Assembly (NCBI GenBank): GCA_010093705.1
Contig: MU006089.1
Span: forward strand, 3,250,061-3,314,060
DNA length: 64,000 bases
Reading direction: 5' to 3'
From: Patellaria atrata CBS 101060
Lineage: Eukaryota
Below the pieces are notes generated by a model. The model was not told where the DNA came from. It worked only from the letters and a program-made list of their open reading frames with translations, and searched no databases. The translations under genes and the position numbers were made by a program. This document shows positions 24,628 to 37,849 of the stretch, in pieces. The stretch's first letter is position 1; the number at the start of each line of letters is the position of its first letter.

Positions 24628-25974
24628 ATGGCACCACAAGAAAACATCCCTTTGGTAAGTTCACGGTAAAATTTTGTGTACGTATTCCAATCTGACCTTA
24701 GTTCCCATAGTCTGCGAACATTCTTGGAGTAAGCACTCTTAATTCCACTTATCCTAGAATAACTAAGTCCTGATTCCTATATTCAGACGATTGGCACAAG
24801 TACGTTGATCTGCTCATGCTCCCGTCTCTTTTGCTAATAATATCCGCAGTGTACGTTATGAAAACCTCTTTCACTCCCGCGTCGTTGCTAACAGTATCTG
24901 TTTGAAGTTGCTGGTGTGTCCAGGTAAGTGTGGAATAACTGCTAAACGTCGAGGATTTATCTCTAACATCATTTGAAGATCATTCCACAGTAAGCACTAA
25001 ATATCCTCAATTGATCTATGTTTCTAAGAAGATTAGAATATGGTACAACTGGCACCGTAAAGATACCGAAGGCCTCCCCGGAATGATGTTGTTTTTGTGG
25101 GCAGCAGGTGAATCTTTCTACCAAGAGATGAAAAATAGTTATGTCTAATAGAAATCAGGGACCGTACCCCTTGGAGCCTATGCGGTTGTACAAGTGAGAG
25201 GATAGAGATATCTTAAGATAAACAGGTACTGACTTGTCTAGAATTTCAATATACCAATTCAAATCCAACCACAGGTCTTCGGAGCTCTAACAATGATATG
25301 CTGGGCTCAAACATTGATCTATCATAAGTATAAGAGCATCAACTCCTTTTGCACTATATATCATGCTGATGTATATTTCTAGCCGCTGGCGGGTTTGGAC
25401 CGCAAGCCTATTCGTCACAGCAGTAGCGATTCTCTTCGCAGGTGCTGAAGCAATATTGATCTTAACGCTTCGTGTAAGTATAAATGCTTTTACTTGTAAG
25501 TCAGGGTCTAATACATAACAGGGACCGTACTCCAGAGGTATATCTTGGCCAGTGACAATGGTAGGCATTATATCTGCTGTTGTTCTTGCGGCCGGACTCA
25601 TTCCGCCCTACTTTGAACTGTGGAAACGTAGTGGACGGGTAATCGGAATTAATTTCGTCTTTCTGACCATCGACTTTGCGGGTGGCTTCTTCTCCCTCAT
25701 GGCTCTCGTCGCTCAACAAACATTCGACTACCTAGGCGGTGTACAATATATTATCTGCTTGATCCTTGAAATAGGTATCTTTGGTTCCCACTGGATCTGG
25801 CTATACCGTACTCGAACCATACGAAAAGAAGCCAAATCGGTTAGCAAGTCTTACGACGAGTACGTCGGTGAAAAGGAAGGAAAAGTTAAGAATGAATCAC
25901 TAGATGTTGACCTTGAAAAGGGGATGACAGAGAAAAGGCTGAGCATCGAAACCAAGTCAACAAGCTCGGTATAA
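24628..25974 (+). CDS. PQ-loop membrane protein (yeast ILT1/YDR090C-like), 11 exons including a 1-nt exon
   Basis: Exons 24628-24654, 24711-24728, 24787-24799, 24850, 24908-24923, 24979-24989, 25037-25107, 25159-25193, 25242-25327, 25383-25473, 25522-25974. Product MAPQENIPLSANILGTIGTICWCVQIIPQIWYNWHRKDTEGLPGMMLFLW…IQPQ…LIPPYFELWKRSGRVIGINFVFL. Confidence 0.9.
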
Positions 25975-26846
25975 TAATAACGACATATCACTCATCAATA
26001 ATCTTAATAAGAAAGACAATGATAAAGCGGCGCTTTGTCTCACGGCAATGGGTTAATGACGGAGGTTTATTTGATTTTTGGGAACGTCTTACGACGGAGG
26101 AAATCTGATTTTGAACGGACACATTCAACGATGGAGGTATTTGTGCTTCAATTTATCGACATCTGGCGCGTGGGAGGCTTTTTGATCTAAAATTCTCTGT
26201 TCTTTGGGAGGATATTCTTTGCGACTTTTATCTCGTTGGTTTTGGTATGCACTTATGGGCCCGTTAAGACATTTCCTGTACACGCAGTGGAGAAGTGCCG
26301 GTCGAACCCCTGAGAAGATACCCCTAGCTCATACAGCAGGCCAGATAGTCTTTTTCTATGGTAAGCATACAGCTAGCTAGGATATCATGACCCGGGAGAA
26401 AGTTATTGGGGTCTTTCATTGTTGTTCTTCGTGGAATCTTACAGTACATCTTGATTTATGTAGTATTGGGAGAGGTTAGTGGTGCTCTTAATTTCGATAT
26501 GGAGTACACCCGAAAACAATAGTAGGAGGAGTGGAATAGTGCAAGTACAACGTTCTTTTCAATCCATCATGATGATCTTTGCTCGAAATACATAGAAGTT
26601 GGTGGATGAGTCGTCGTGATTGAGGTTGCTTAAGGGTCAAGCCCTTATTGGTCAGATGATCAATGTGGAACATAGCTCTTGGCGTCGCGCTTTGACCATC
26701 AAGTGGGAGACACCAGCTTAAGATCCGTCATCACCTCCGCATCAGTCACAACGTCAATATCAACCTCTGACCTAGTGAATTCCATACCTTTCTGCATCAG
26801 CAGAACCACTTTCTAACTCTCACCCATACATCTTTCGATTTGCACG

Positions 26847-27799
26847 ATGGCCGCGAATACGAAATATCAGCCAGCTCCTCAGCGGGATTCCTTTGAAGAT
26901 GAGCCGGGCTACAACCAGCCGCCACCCTCATATCAAGCTGAGGCATCCACCAACGCTGGCCTTTATGGAGCGGTTCCTCGCAGCGAGGATGATAATCTTC
27001 CAGATGACTTCAAGGTCGGTGAAGCACCATTTCTTCTTCTGTTTTGTGAAAATGGTATTATGACAACCCGCTGACAGTGTTACAGTTCGGAGGTGTTGTG
27101 TCTGAAGCCACTCTGGATATCAGAATGCAGTTCATTCGCAAAGTCTATGCTATTCTGTAAGTTCTAGTTCATCCTTATGCATGTACATCGGCTAATCATC
27201 CAAGTACTGTCCAACTGTTGGCCACCGCAATTCTAAGCTCGATATCGTTCTACAGCTCTGGTTATAAATCCTGGATCCAGTCGCATGGTTGGATGATGTG
27301 GATATCTCTCATCGGAGCCATAGGATTCCTACTTCTCACATTCTGGAAGCGCAAGTCATACCCTACGAACCTTCTTTTTCTCGCTGGCTTCACGGCTATG
27401 GAAGCGTACTCCGTCTCTGTCATAACCTCCTTTTTCGATTCCGCAATTGTCATCGAGGCCGTTGTGTTTACACTCGGAATCTTCATTGCTTTGACCCTTT
27501 TCGCTTGCCAGACCAAATATGATTTCACGTCTTGGATGCCATACCTGTTTGGAAGTCTATGGGTCTTGATTCTCTTTGGTTTCGGATACATGTTCTTCCC
27601 CTACAGCAGCACCGTTGATCTCGTATACGGAATTGTTGCGGCGCTGATCTTCAGCGGATACATCCTCGTTGATACTCAACTCATCATGAGACATTATCAT
27701 GTCGAGGAGGAGATCGCAGCAGCTATTTCCTTGTACTTGGACATAATCAACCTTTTCCTCGCTATCTTGAGGATCCTCAACAGCCAGCAGAACAATTAG
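26847..27799 (+). CDS. BXI1: Bax inhibitor-1 family (Bxi1/TMBIM) protein
   Basis: Exons 26847-27014, 27086-27156, 27205-27799. Motifs PPSY, IRMQFIRKVYAIL, SYPTN, QTKYDFT, DTQLIM, LYLDIINLFLAILRIL. Confidence 0.93.
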
Positions 27800-28654
27800 A
27801 GTACTCAACATAATGGCTGTAAGTTGGTCTGTCTAGTTTCGTAGCGCGGATAAGATTCGAAGATAATATTAGGTTTTGCATCACGGTTAGGGGCAAAGGG
27901 AATCCCTAATGAGATGGTCAGTTTCCTCCCCTTTTCCGGTCTCTTTGGCGTGACACTGGCAATGGTCTTTGTATTTGTATGGTTCTAGATCAACACTATT
28001 ACGTCTGTTCCTATATTAATGAGACATGCACGTGATTATGGTTTTTTTATCAAAAGGTTGCATTGCATCACAAAAGTATTCTGGAAGGTGATATCGCATA
28101 AAAAGGCAACGGGGAATACTGGAAGATTATGATTGGTTGAGTTGGTTTTATATTTCGCCGAGGCCAGTGAACTTTGCAGATCGAATGGGAGTGCATTGTC
28201 AAAGCCCTCTTCAACACCAAATCATTCTCCTCACAACTCCACATACCCCCTGTGATAATAGCAACAACTTTCTCGTTCATTCCCTGTCGCACGCTGGTAA
28301 TAACTAATAAAGATTCTCGCTTTCGCTTTTACTCTTTTACAGACCCATCTATCTACCGGAAATTCTAATTGACCGACCGCTACCTAAACCTCTCCTACCA
28401 GCAGAGAAAAGGAAAATCTTCCCCACATTCTCTCAATTGGCCCACACACCGCCTATCTTTTCTCAAGCCCAGAATCCCTTGGCTATCCCTACCTCGAATC
28501 TACCCCTATCTACAATTTTGCGATTGTTCGAAGCTCCCATTCGCGCAGAAATCCCATCACACCAAGGTACAGCTGGAGTCAGGACCCAAATGACGGTGTA
28601 TATATAACTCCTTCTCTACCCCACGCTCGTTTCGCTGGTTTTGGAAGTTTTGGA

Positions 28655-30369
28655 ATGGAAATGGTTGTAGAAAAAGATATGCCAGGTGTCTCTACAGAGC
28701 TATATACCCACCCTGCGCCCAAGAGAAATCACCTCCCCAATGGTCAAGAGAAATTGGTTCAGCATGCACACCCTGATGACGGTGCTAGACCTCTAGAAAA
28801 GGGCAGACGGCGTAGTTCAAAAGCAGAGAAACCAAAGAAGCAAGATGATAGTCTAATAGGGAGCCTCTGCAGCACCATTGTGGACCATCAGATAGGTACA
28901 GTGCTCTTAATAGCTCTTCTTCTAAACCTAACGCTGACCATTACAATCGCAGGTCTCTCAGTAAACCTCCTTCTACTCCTCGTACTCACCCACATTTGTT
29001 TTCCCCGTGCTCGTAGGCGCACTCGCAAATTTCTCTCTCTCTCCTATTATGACCCCGAAACTGGCCTTTATACCCAGGGGCTCGATGATATTCCGTTCGT
29101 CGTGTTTTGGATCATCGTTTTCACTGGATTAAGAGTTGTTGTTATGGACTATGTCTTGATACCGTTCGCGAGGTGGGGCGGCATCAGGAAGGAAAAAGCC
29201 ATGGTTCGTCTAGCAGAACAGGGTTGGTTGCTTGTGTATTATTCGGTGTTCTGGACGCTAGGAATGGTCAGTCGGAAATCCGGACAATTCGTGCATACAT
29301 ACCATGCGAATGGGTCCTAAGATTATGGACACCGTGCTGATATTAGAGTAGTACATCATGTACAATTCGGATTACTGGCTTAATCTCAAAGAGTTGTGGA
29401 CGGATTTTCCGACGCGCTCGACCAGTGGGCTCATGAAGTGGTATTACCTCGTCCAATTCGCATTCTGGATTCAGCAAATCATTGTTGTAAATATTGAGGA
29501 GAGACGAAACGACTATCATCAGATGTTTACGCACCACATCATTACCTGTATCCTCATGCTCTTCAGCTACGGTTACTACCAGACTAAAGTAGGCAACCTG
29601 ATCCTTTCACTCATGGATTTAGTGGATATTGTTCTCCCAGTAAGTTTCCGCTCACTCAATCATCATTTCCGGGATTGATTCTCTAATGAAACTCCAGCTC
29701 GCCAAAATTCTCAAATACTTCCGCTTTCAAACAGCCTGCGACGTCGCTTTCGGCGTCTTCATCCTCACCTGGGTCGTCACCCGCCACATCTTCTATCCCA
29801 TGGTCTGCTGGTCCATCCACGCCGACGTACCCAGCATCATGCATTACGGCTGCTACGACTCCACCACCGGGGCCAAAATCTCCTCCTCCGGCGGCAGCGA
29901 CATCCTAAAACACATCTTCCAAGGCTACACGAACCCAGGTGGCGAAGTCTGCTTCAACGAACGAATCCGATGGGCCTTCCTCGGATTACTTCTCGCGCTA
30001 CAAGTAATCACACTGATGTGGTTCATCATGATCGTCTCTGTCGCCGTCAAAGTCCTAAGCGGCAAGGGCGCAGACGACAGCAGGAGCGACGACGAAGAGT
30101 GCGGTGACGAAGACGACTTACTCAGCGACATCGAGACCGCGGTCAAAGACGGCATGACGCACGTCCCGCAGTCCGCGAAGCCGCTGGAGAAGGAGGTCGG
30201 CGTGGAAGGCCTGAATTTCACGCGGCAGAGCAGTCCGAGGGTGAAGGGGAAGGCGTATAGACAGAGTAGCGGTGGGATCGGCGGCAGAGCGAGCGGGATC
30301 AGTATACCGGGCCATGGGGACCGGAAGGAGCTTTTGGGTCGCATCGGGTGCGATAAGACTACTTCTTGA
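28655..30369 (+). CDS. Ceramide synthase (TLC/Lag1 domain), BarA/Bar1-type
   Basis: Exons 28655-28895, 28953-29266, 29352-29639, 29698-30369. Lag1p motif RNDYHQMFTHHIIT, DDSRSDDE, and C-terminal RKELLGRIGCDK. The clade assignment is from memory of the motif variant. Confidence 0.9.
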
Positions 30370-31643
30370 GATTTTCGGTAGAGGAACAAAAGAGAAGAGG
30401 GTTCAGATAGTTTTATTGTTTGGTGGAAAAAGGGGCATATACCTTTTGTTGTTTACACTAAGACGCACCCGCCGCTTGAGAGAGGGGAATTGTATTTGTC
30501 CTACCTTATTATTCCCCCCTTAATTCTCTCGAAAAGTGCGATATTGAGACTCGAACGTTTGGCACGTGCAAATGGCAAATGCGGTTAGCGTGGGCTATGT
30601 TTTTCTCTCGGCTAATATTGGATCGGAGGACCCTTATTCAGCGCCACAAGGGGGTCCGTGATCTCATCCTGCAGTTATAGGTTTTTACCGTCACCGTTTG
30701 AAAATGGGAGGGTGGTCAGCAATTCCAACCTAACTTACCAAGGTACCTCCTTACTTTCCATATGATAGGGGAGTCGAGTATATGCGTATGGACGGAGTGA
30801 CATTGACGCGAGGCCATTGGGTTAAGGTGGTGTTGGTGTAAGTGGAGGGGGCGGAGGTACCTCAGGAACGAGATGCTTTTTTACTGTACATTATTGATTG
30901 ATACATGGCGGGATACATACTTGGATCTCACTCCAATAAGGTAGAGATGCGAGTTCCCTATCCGGAGCGGCATAGGTAGATATCACACTTCACTCCACCG
31001 CACCATCTTCAGATCGCTGGTATTAGAACTCGAAGGGAGACATGGATGGGACATTGTTCGAATATCTGTGATTTGTAGCATAGATTTTTCCCTTCGCCCC
31101 AAGTTTGTGTCAAGCACATGCACTCTACTATAGAACTACCTTAGTTCTCCAGAAGACTTCCCCTCCAACTTCCAAACAAAAAAAAGAAGTAGATGGTCTG
31201 ATAAGCCCGACGTCTATGGCCGTCTTCCTTCCCTTCCCCGACTGTCCCATCTGAAGTTTCTGAACAAAAGCTTCCAAATCATGCAATCAACATAATCGGT
31301 TTCAAAATAAGTAAGCATATCTAGCTTTGTGATAAAAAGTGTTAAGAAGTTGGGTGTAATAGTGAATAAAGCCCAACCTTCCCTTCGAAGAAAAAACCCA
31401 TTCGTAGATCGCAAATACGCCAGCCCACAAAAACAACCCAAACAAGCCTAGCCGCCATGCAGATGGAGTGAGGAGAAAAAGGGGTGGTTTTTCGTGAGAT
31501 TTCGTATGTCGTAATATAGTTGGGAGAGAGACACACCGTCAGAGACCCAATTGATGGACGTTTTCTTTTTTACAAAGAGTTTTGTAGATGAATTATTTTG
31601 GGAAGTTAAATTATGCCACTTTTCGAATCAGTGATAACACCCC

Positions 31644-33898
31644 TCAGTATGCTCGATGGTTGGCCGCATGTAGCTTCGACGCTGCTCGCCTCTTCTCCCC
31701 GATACTCGCAGCTTCCGTTCCGTCATCTTTCATGGTCTCTTTGAACCATGGATGCTTCAGTGCCTGCTTAGCTGTGATTCGTTTCTCCGGATTGTAGACG
31801 AAGATCTTCTTGAGAAGATCAAGGAACTTCTTGTTGAATTCTGTGTGAGGGGGAATGGTTTCCTACGACTATTAGCATGGCATTCTTCACCAAAATCCTG
31901 ATATACCACTTACATGTAACTTCTTCATCGCTTTCACGTATTTCCTTGATGCTTTTGGTGTTTCCGTGTTTGGGTAATCGAGTTTCTGACCTTTGAAATA
32001 TCTAGGCCAATGTTAGCTAACTTTAATGAAATTGGAGAAAATAAAAACATACTGTGCAGCCTGATTGGGGTTCCTCGACCGTCCCTCTGATCTACAAACC
32101 GCTCTGATCAAATCCTTGTCTAGCTTGCCACCACAGACCGCTTCCATCATTGCTAGATGCTCGAGGTTGTCGTGAGTCTGAAATAAAGCATCACCTGTGA
32201 AGAATTCCACTAAGATACATCCAATACTCCACATATCACACGGGAAGCTCCACCCAAGATTGAGGATGATTTCTGGTGCTCGGTAATGCCGTGTTGAAAC
32301 CACAGAGGAGTGATATTCGTCATTGAAAGTGGCAGATCCAAAGTCGATTAACCTGATCTCGGGGTCCAGAAGAACTTTCCTCTGGCGTGCTGAACGAGCT
32401 GTAGTAGTTGATGAAGATGGAATAGTTCGATTATAGGTGAATGTTTGGTATGCGTTGTTGACCAGAAGAATGTTCTCTGGCTTGAGATCGGTGTGGATGA
32501 GGTTCAGATCGTGGAGAACTATCATAGATCAGTAACGGTATCCGGCACAAAAAGAGAAGTAATGGCTTACAAGCAACGCTGGTGAGAAGCTGACGAGCGA
32601 AGGACTGAATATGGGTATTTGGGAATGGTGTGAATTGGTTCGATTTCAGGAAGTCGAACACGCTTTGACCATATAGATCGGTGACAATACAGATGTGGTT
32701 TCTGAAGTCGAAACAATCCCTGAGATGAATACATTTGTTCCGGTTCTGTTTGTCGTTTGACGCCAAGGTGGAGAGAACTCGTAATTCGATTCGAGAGGCA
32801 TCTCGATACTTTTGAACGGAGCGAATGACTTTGATAGCACACTTTGTGCCTTTTCGCCTATCGTAGGCTTCAACGACTTTACCGAACGTACCTTGACCGA
32901 GAAGTTTTACGATTTGATCTAATTCTTGTCACTATAAGATCCAAACTGAACATGAAAAGGTACTTACATCGCTCAGTAAGAGGCTGCTCGGGAACAACAA
33001 TATAATGTCCATCTTCATCATCACATTTTTCTCCTTTCAGGTAGTGAGTCTGGTTTCTGTTAGCTCCAGAACCTCCAACGAATTTGCAGGTTGATAATCT
33101 TACATCAGGAATTGTTTGAACATAGACTTCCTTTGCCTTTATGGGGGGTTGAGGTGGTGGAACGTAACAAGAGAAAGGATCCATTGCAGCCTCCTTCTCA
33201 CGCCTCTTTGCCTCTTTCTCTTCATCTGCTGCTGCTTGTCGTGTTCTCTTCCTCTTCTGGCCGACAACGCTCTCTCCTAGAGGCTCAACATATGTTCCGG
33301 TACGCTGTGAATCTAACGAAGTAGCAGCAGTGGTGTGGTGAGCTGAGGTTGTGCGGTCAGTTGAAGCGGTGTTATTTCCTGAGGAGTGTTCGTAATATGG
33401 AGTTTGGGTCGAAGAGTACGTGTGGCTGTAGACTGGATCGTACGCAGTTGAGGCTGCTGTCCTTCGTTTCTTATCCATGTGCCTTGAAGTTCCATTGGTG
33501 GCAGATTGACGTGGTTGTGGGACTGGTTCTGGAGTATCGTCTTCAATGACGATGATTTCCTTGGGTATGCCATTTTTGTAGAAATCGTTCCAATCAACAG
33601 GTGCTTTTGGCCTGGAATATGGCATCTCGGTTGAAGATGATTGTGAAGGACCTGTGGAATATGTGGGCTGTTGGTTTTGCGATTGTCGAGAATTGACAGT
33701 GGCAGTTCGTCGTAACTCGGAGGGGACTGTTGTGTTCGGGTAATTCGTGTAGTGTGAGTTAGGTGCTCTGCTCGAACCACTCATGATAGGTCCATTTACA
33801 TGGCTGTAATTCGTAACGGTCTGTGGATAAGATTGGTGATGAGAAAAGTATTGAGGATGACCTGCAAGCGTAGCAGTGGCTGTGGAAGGTGTAGACAT
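31644..33898 (-). CDS. LAMMER (CLK/Kns1/Lkh1) dual-specificity protein kinase
   Basis: Multi-exon. [35 protein letters not shown], signature EHLAMME; last exon ends ALKHPWF…HRAY*. Confidence 0.95.
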
Positions 33899-36059
33899 TG
33901 CAGAGGGTCCACAGATGCTGCCTCTGCGAGTGTCGAGATTGTGACCAGCCTAATTTGACGTGTTATGAAGAAATAGCAAGATTGTCGTCTAACTCCGTTC
34001 TCGCGTGGGTCTCGTGAAATGCATACGTAGCTGATGGCTTTTAGATCGTCCTTGTGCTTTAATCTGAGTCGAGAAGAGAGCAGTCGTCGCCAGAAAGACC
34101 CGACCGAGTTGCTTGAGGTGGAGACGGCGGAGAATGACGGCAGGCGAAGTAGACGAGTACTATCTACCACCAAAAGGGATGAGAATGAGTTGAGCGAGTA
34201 GTTCAAAGGATGCTGAAGGCAAGAGATGCTTGTTGAGAGGCTGGAGCATTCCTCTAGAGCATAGATTTGAAGATACTGTGTGTAGATTTAGTGACGAGGG
34301 CAGAATCTGAGCGAAGTTGAGTTACAAGTGTTCGCGCTAAGCCCGGACGTTGACCACGGTGACCACCAACTCCTCTCTGATCTTCTGCTGTGATTTGCGA
34401 GCACCCGTAGACCATTTGCCTGAAGAGCTCCAATCCAAGTACTTGTACTAATTTTCTAGGCAGCTCATTCATTCGAACCTATTGTTCATTTGTTCTGCAA
34501 CTTAGTAGCATCAATAGAACCTTTTCCTTTCGGACAATAGATAGAAGTCACGGCATATCACGCAGGCTTGTGACTTGTGATCGCTAGAACTGCATACAAT
34601 AGCGGAACCACAATAGAGCAGAGGACGGCAAGTGAAGACACCAAAATAATCCTCTTAATGATTTTTTTTTACTCTTGATGTCCCAGAGAGGCTCAGTTCG
34701 TAATCTCTTGCAAGATTCATAAGAAAAGGTGGACAATAAAGTAGGCAAAGCAGGCTATGAACCGGTAGTGAGGTAGTGCGCCCCAGATTACAGTACTTTT
34801 TGATTTCCTGATGGACCGCAATACACGCAATTAATTGACCTCTTGACACTATGACCTCCTTCATTGAGCTCAAGTCACCTGCTTCTTACAATGGTTTGCT
34901 GTACGTCTACCTATCTGTACTGTATACTACACTCCTCGTGTCTCCTGTTGGCTCGCCTGTTTGTAGAGATACCTGGTGCTTGCAGTGCGCAGTAATCCCA
35001 TGAGCAAAGAGAAGAGCTCATTCTCCGCTCCGAAACAGCACACCCACTTCAAGACTTTCGCCAAATCCATCGGTGGAGGATCTTCGTAAGCCCTGTCATT
35101 AGCAAGCAAATTCTATCTCTAACGGGTATCGCAGCCTTCCGATCCACGTCCTGTTTCGAAATCTCGAAAGTTTCGAGATACCTTAACATGTGAACTATAC
35201 GCTTTATAGCTGTGACGTCCGCTCTTTTTCAGTCATTAAATAGTGGCTGACTCATTTCGCTTCTTCCACTCAGGCTTTTTGGCTGACGCAGGTACTGTAC
35301 CGTATGTATGTTGAAGGTTCACACGTTCCACAATCTTCTCATTTGGTTGCAGGTCACCTGGGCTTGAAACGCTCTTGGTGTTGGGGAACTCTTTGTGACC
35401 CAGGACGTCGTACAGTACAAGCCGAGACGTCATAAGGGATACCGCTTCGTACAGTTTTTACTCGTTCTTCGAAAAGCAGGAATGAATAAAGTGTAAGTTT
35501 CTTACCTTTTGCGTTATATTGATGAACTTCCTCTCTATAAGGTAGTCACGTGGAAGGTGATGATGGTAATAACAAACAGATATTTTCTTTCAGTCGTACC
35601 ATAGTACCTTATTCGTTCTTCAATAATCAGCACTTCATTGATATATTATTCAAGTTTCCGCAAGTATCTAGTCTCATTCTCCCTTCAAATTGCGGTGAGA
35701 TAACAGTGATATGGAATAGAGTTGGAGGACTCTCTCGTTTAACGACAGATTGGAATCTTCAAGTACTAAATAGCATCAGATAGGAAATACAAAAATGCTC
35801 GAAGCAACGACAGTGATATCTTCTAATCCTTTTTCCCACTCTCGGCAGAGCTCGTATATCAAATACGCGCAACGATTGACCCAGTTGAAGCTCCTTCCGA
35901 ACGAAGTAGTCGCAAATCAAACGTCCTCGTCCGTATCTGTAATATTGCCGAGTATATGTGCTTCATATCGTCATACCATCATCTACAAGGAGGAACTACC
36001 TTTATCTTGCCTAAATGAACGTGAGAATAGTGACCATCAGCTAGAAAGCACCGATCACG

Positions 36060-37849
36060 CTATTTCTTTACCCACGTATCGAAGTAGTCTTGAATGACTC
36101 TTTTGGTGCGGTCGACGATGATTTCAATCTCTGAGGCAGTCACATTATATGCAGGTGCTAGCAAGATATGATCGCCCGATTTACCATCAGCTGTACCAGT
36201 CCCTGAATACAAAGAAATGCTGTATGGTGGTTGCAGACCTTACTGAATCAGTAATGTGATGCTCGAAATGACAGTATAGCAGTCATACCTTTCTCTTGGA
36301 TCCGCCAAGCAATCTGCTCCTTCGGATCGAAAGGCTGCCTCAATGCTTTCTCTTGAACGAACTCAATCTAAAGAGCATATGTGGGTATCATGTTCACTTT
36401 TATCATAGGAAGAATTACTTACACCCCAGAAGAGGCCACGGCCCCGAATGTCACCTACGTTCGGGTGTTCCCCAAGCTGGTCTCTTAGTAACTTTTCAAG
36501 CTTCTGACCCATTTTCTTAACATTATTCATAAGATCTTCTTCCCTTATGATCCGTTGAACCTCTAGTGCAGCGGCACAGGAGACTGGATGCCCTTGATAC
36601 GTTTGGCCATGAGCGAAACTACCAGTACCTGTACGGAGAACATCGACAACGCGATGATTAATAAGAAGCCCTGCGATCGGTGCATATCCTCCTCCGAGTC
36701 CTTTGCCAATGGTCTGAATATCGGGCACAACACCTTCTTGTTGCCATGCATGGATAGTCCCAGTTCGGCCCATTCCGCACATAACTTCATCAAAGATTAG
36801 AAGAGCACCGTACTTTTCGCAAACAGATTTCATAGCTTTGAAGTATCCTGGCGGTGATGTTACGCATCCCAATGCCTATGGAAAATCAGTATCTCTTTAT
36901 ACACTATTCAAATTCATCAAAGAAAAGAATAATAATTCTCCATAACTTCGATAACTCAATAATGTACTGATGAAAATTCTACTACCCAAGTTGTGTAGCT
37001 CGTTCCAGAGAGTATATCCCAAGGATAATGTTCATGCAAAATTGGAAGATTGACTCACCGCTCCGACTACCGGCTCAGCAATAAAAGCGCACACGGTCTT
37101 CGGATCCACCCTAACGAATTCCGCATCCAGCTCCGCACGTAGCCTTTCTACATACTGACCTTCGGTTTCGCCGTCTTTCATTCCACGATAAGAATTGCAA
37201 GCGGAAACTTGAGACGTAATCTTCGCGAGTAACGGTTCGAAAGGTCCGCGTCGAGCTTTATGGCCACCTGCGGCCAACGCACCTAATGTTATGCCATGAT
37301 ATGATTCATGTCTCGAAATGAACTTGTCTCTCTTCAGTTGAGGAGGCTTCAGTTCAAGATAATATTGTCTCGAAAGTTTCAAGGCGGCCTCCATAGACTC
37401 CGACCCTGGATGAATTGAGCACATTGACCATAGTCTTAGTTCTGACACGTACCAGATCCTACTATGAAGGCTTTAGCCATCTGACCGTTGGTAGAAGCGA
37501 TGAGTTCTTCTGCGAGACCTTCTGATGCCGTGGTGCTAAAGAACATAGAATGACAGTATGAGACGCCAATGTCCATTTGGGCCATAATAGCTTTCTGAAC
37601 CCGTTGGCTGCCGTGTCCAAGGCATGAAACCGCTGCTCCGCCCGTTGCGTCTAAGATTTCCTGGCCATTACTCAACTGCAGGTTTATACCACTAGCAGCG
37701 ATGACTTTAAGAGGATCAACTTTCAGCGAACGATGGAGTACCGCACTGCCAGAAGAAAAGGAAGAAGATGATGAGAAAGATGACGGAGTCGTGAACGTCT
37801 GCTCTCCATCTTCATCCGTACTGTAATCAGAAAGAACTAACGGAGACAT
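36060..37849 (-). CDS. Class-III PLP-dependent aminotransferase
   Basis: Five exons. LDATGGAAVSCLGH, SGSESMEAALK, SYHG, AEPVVGA, DEVMCGMGRTG, PLP lysine in GKGLGGG, HGQTY, RGRGL. An alternative in-frame ATG lies at 37969. Confidence 0.93.
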
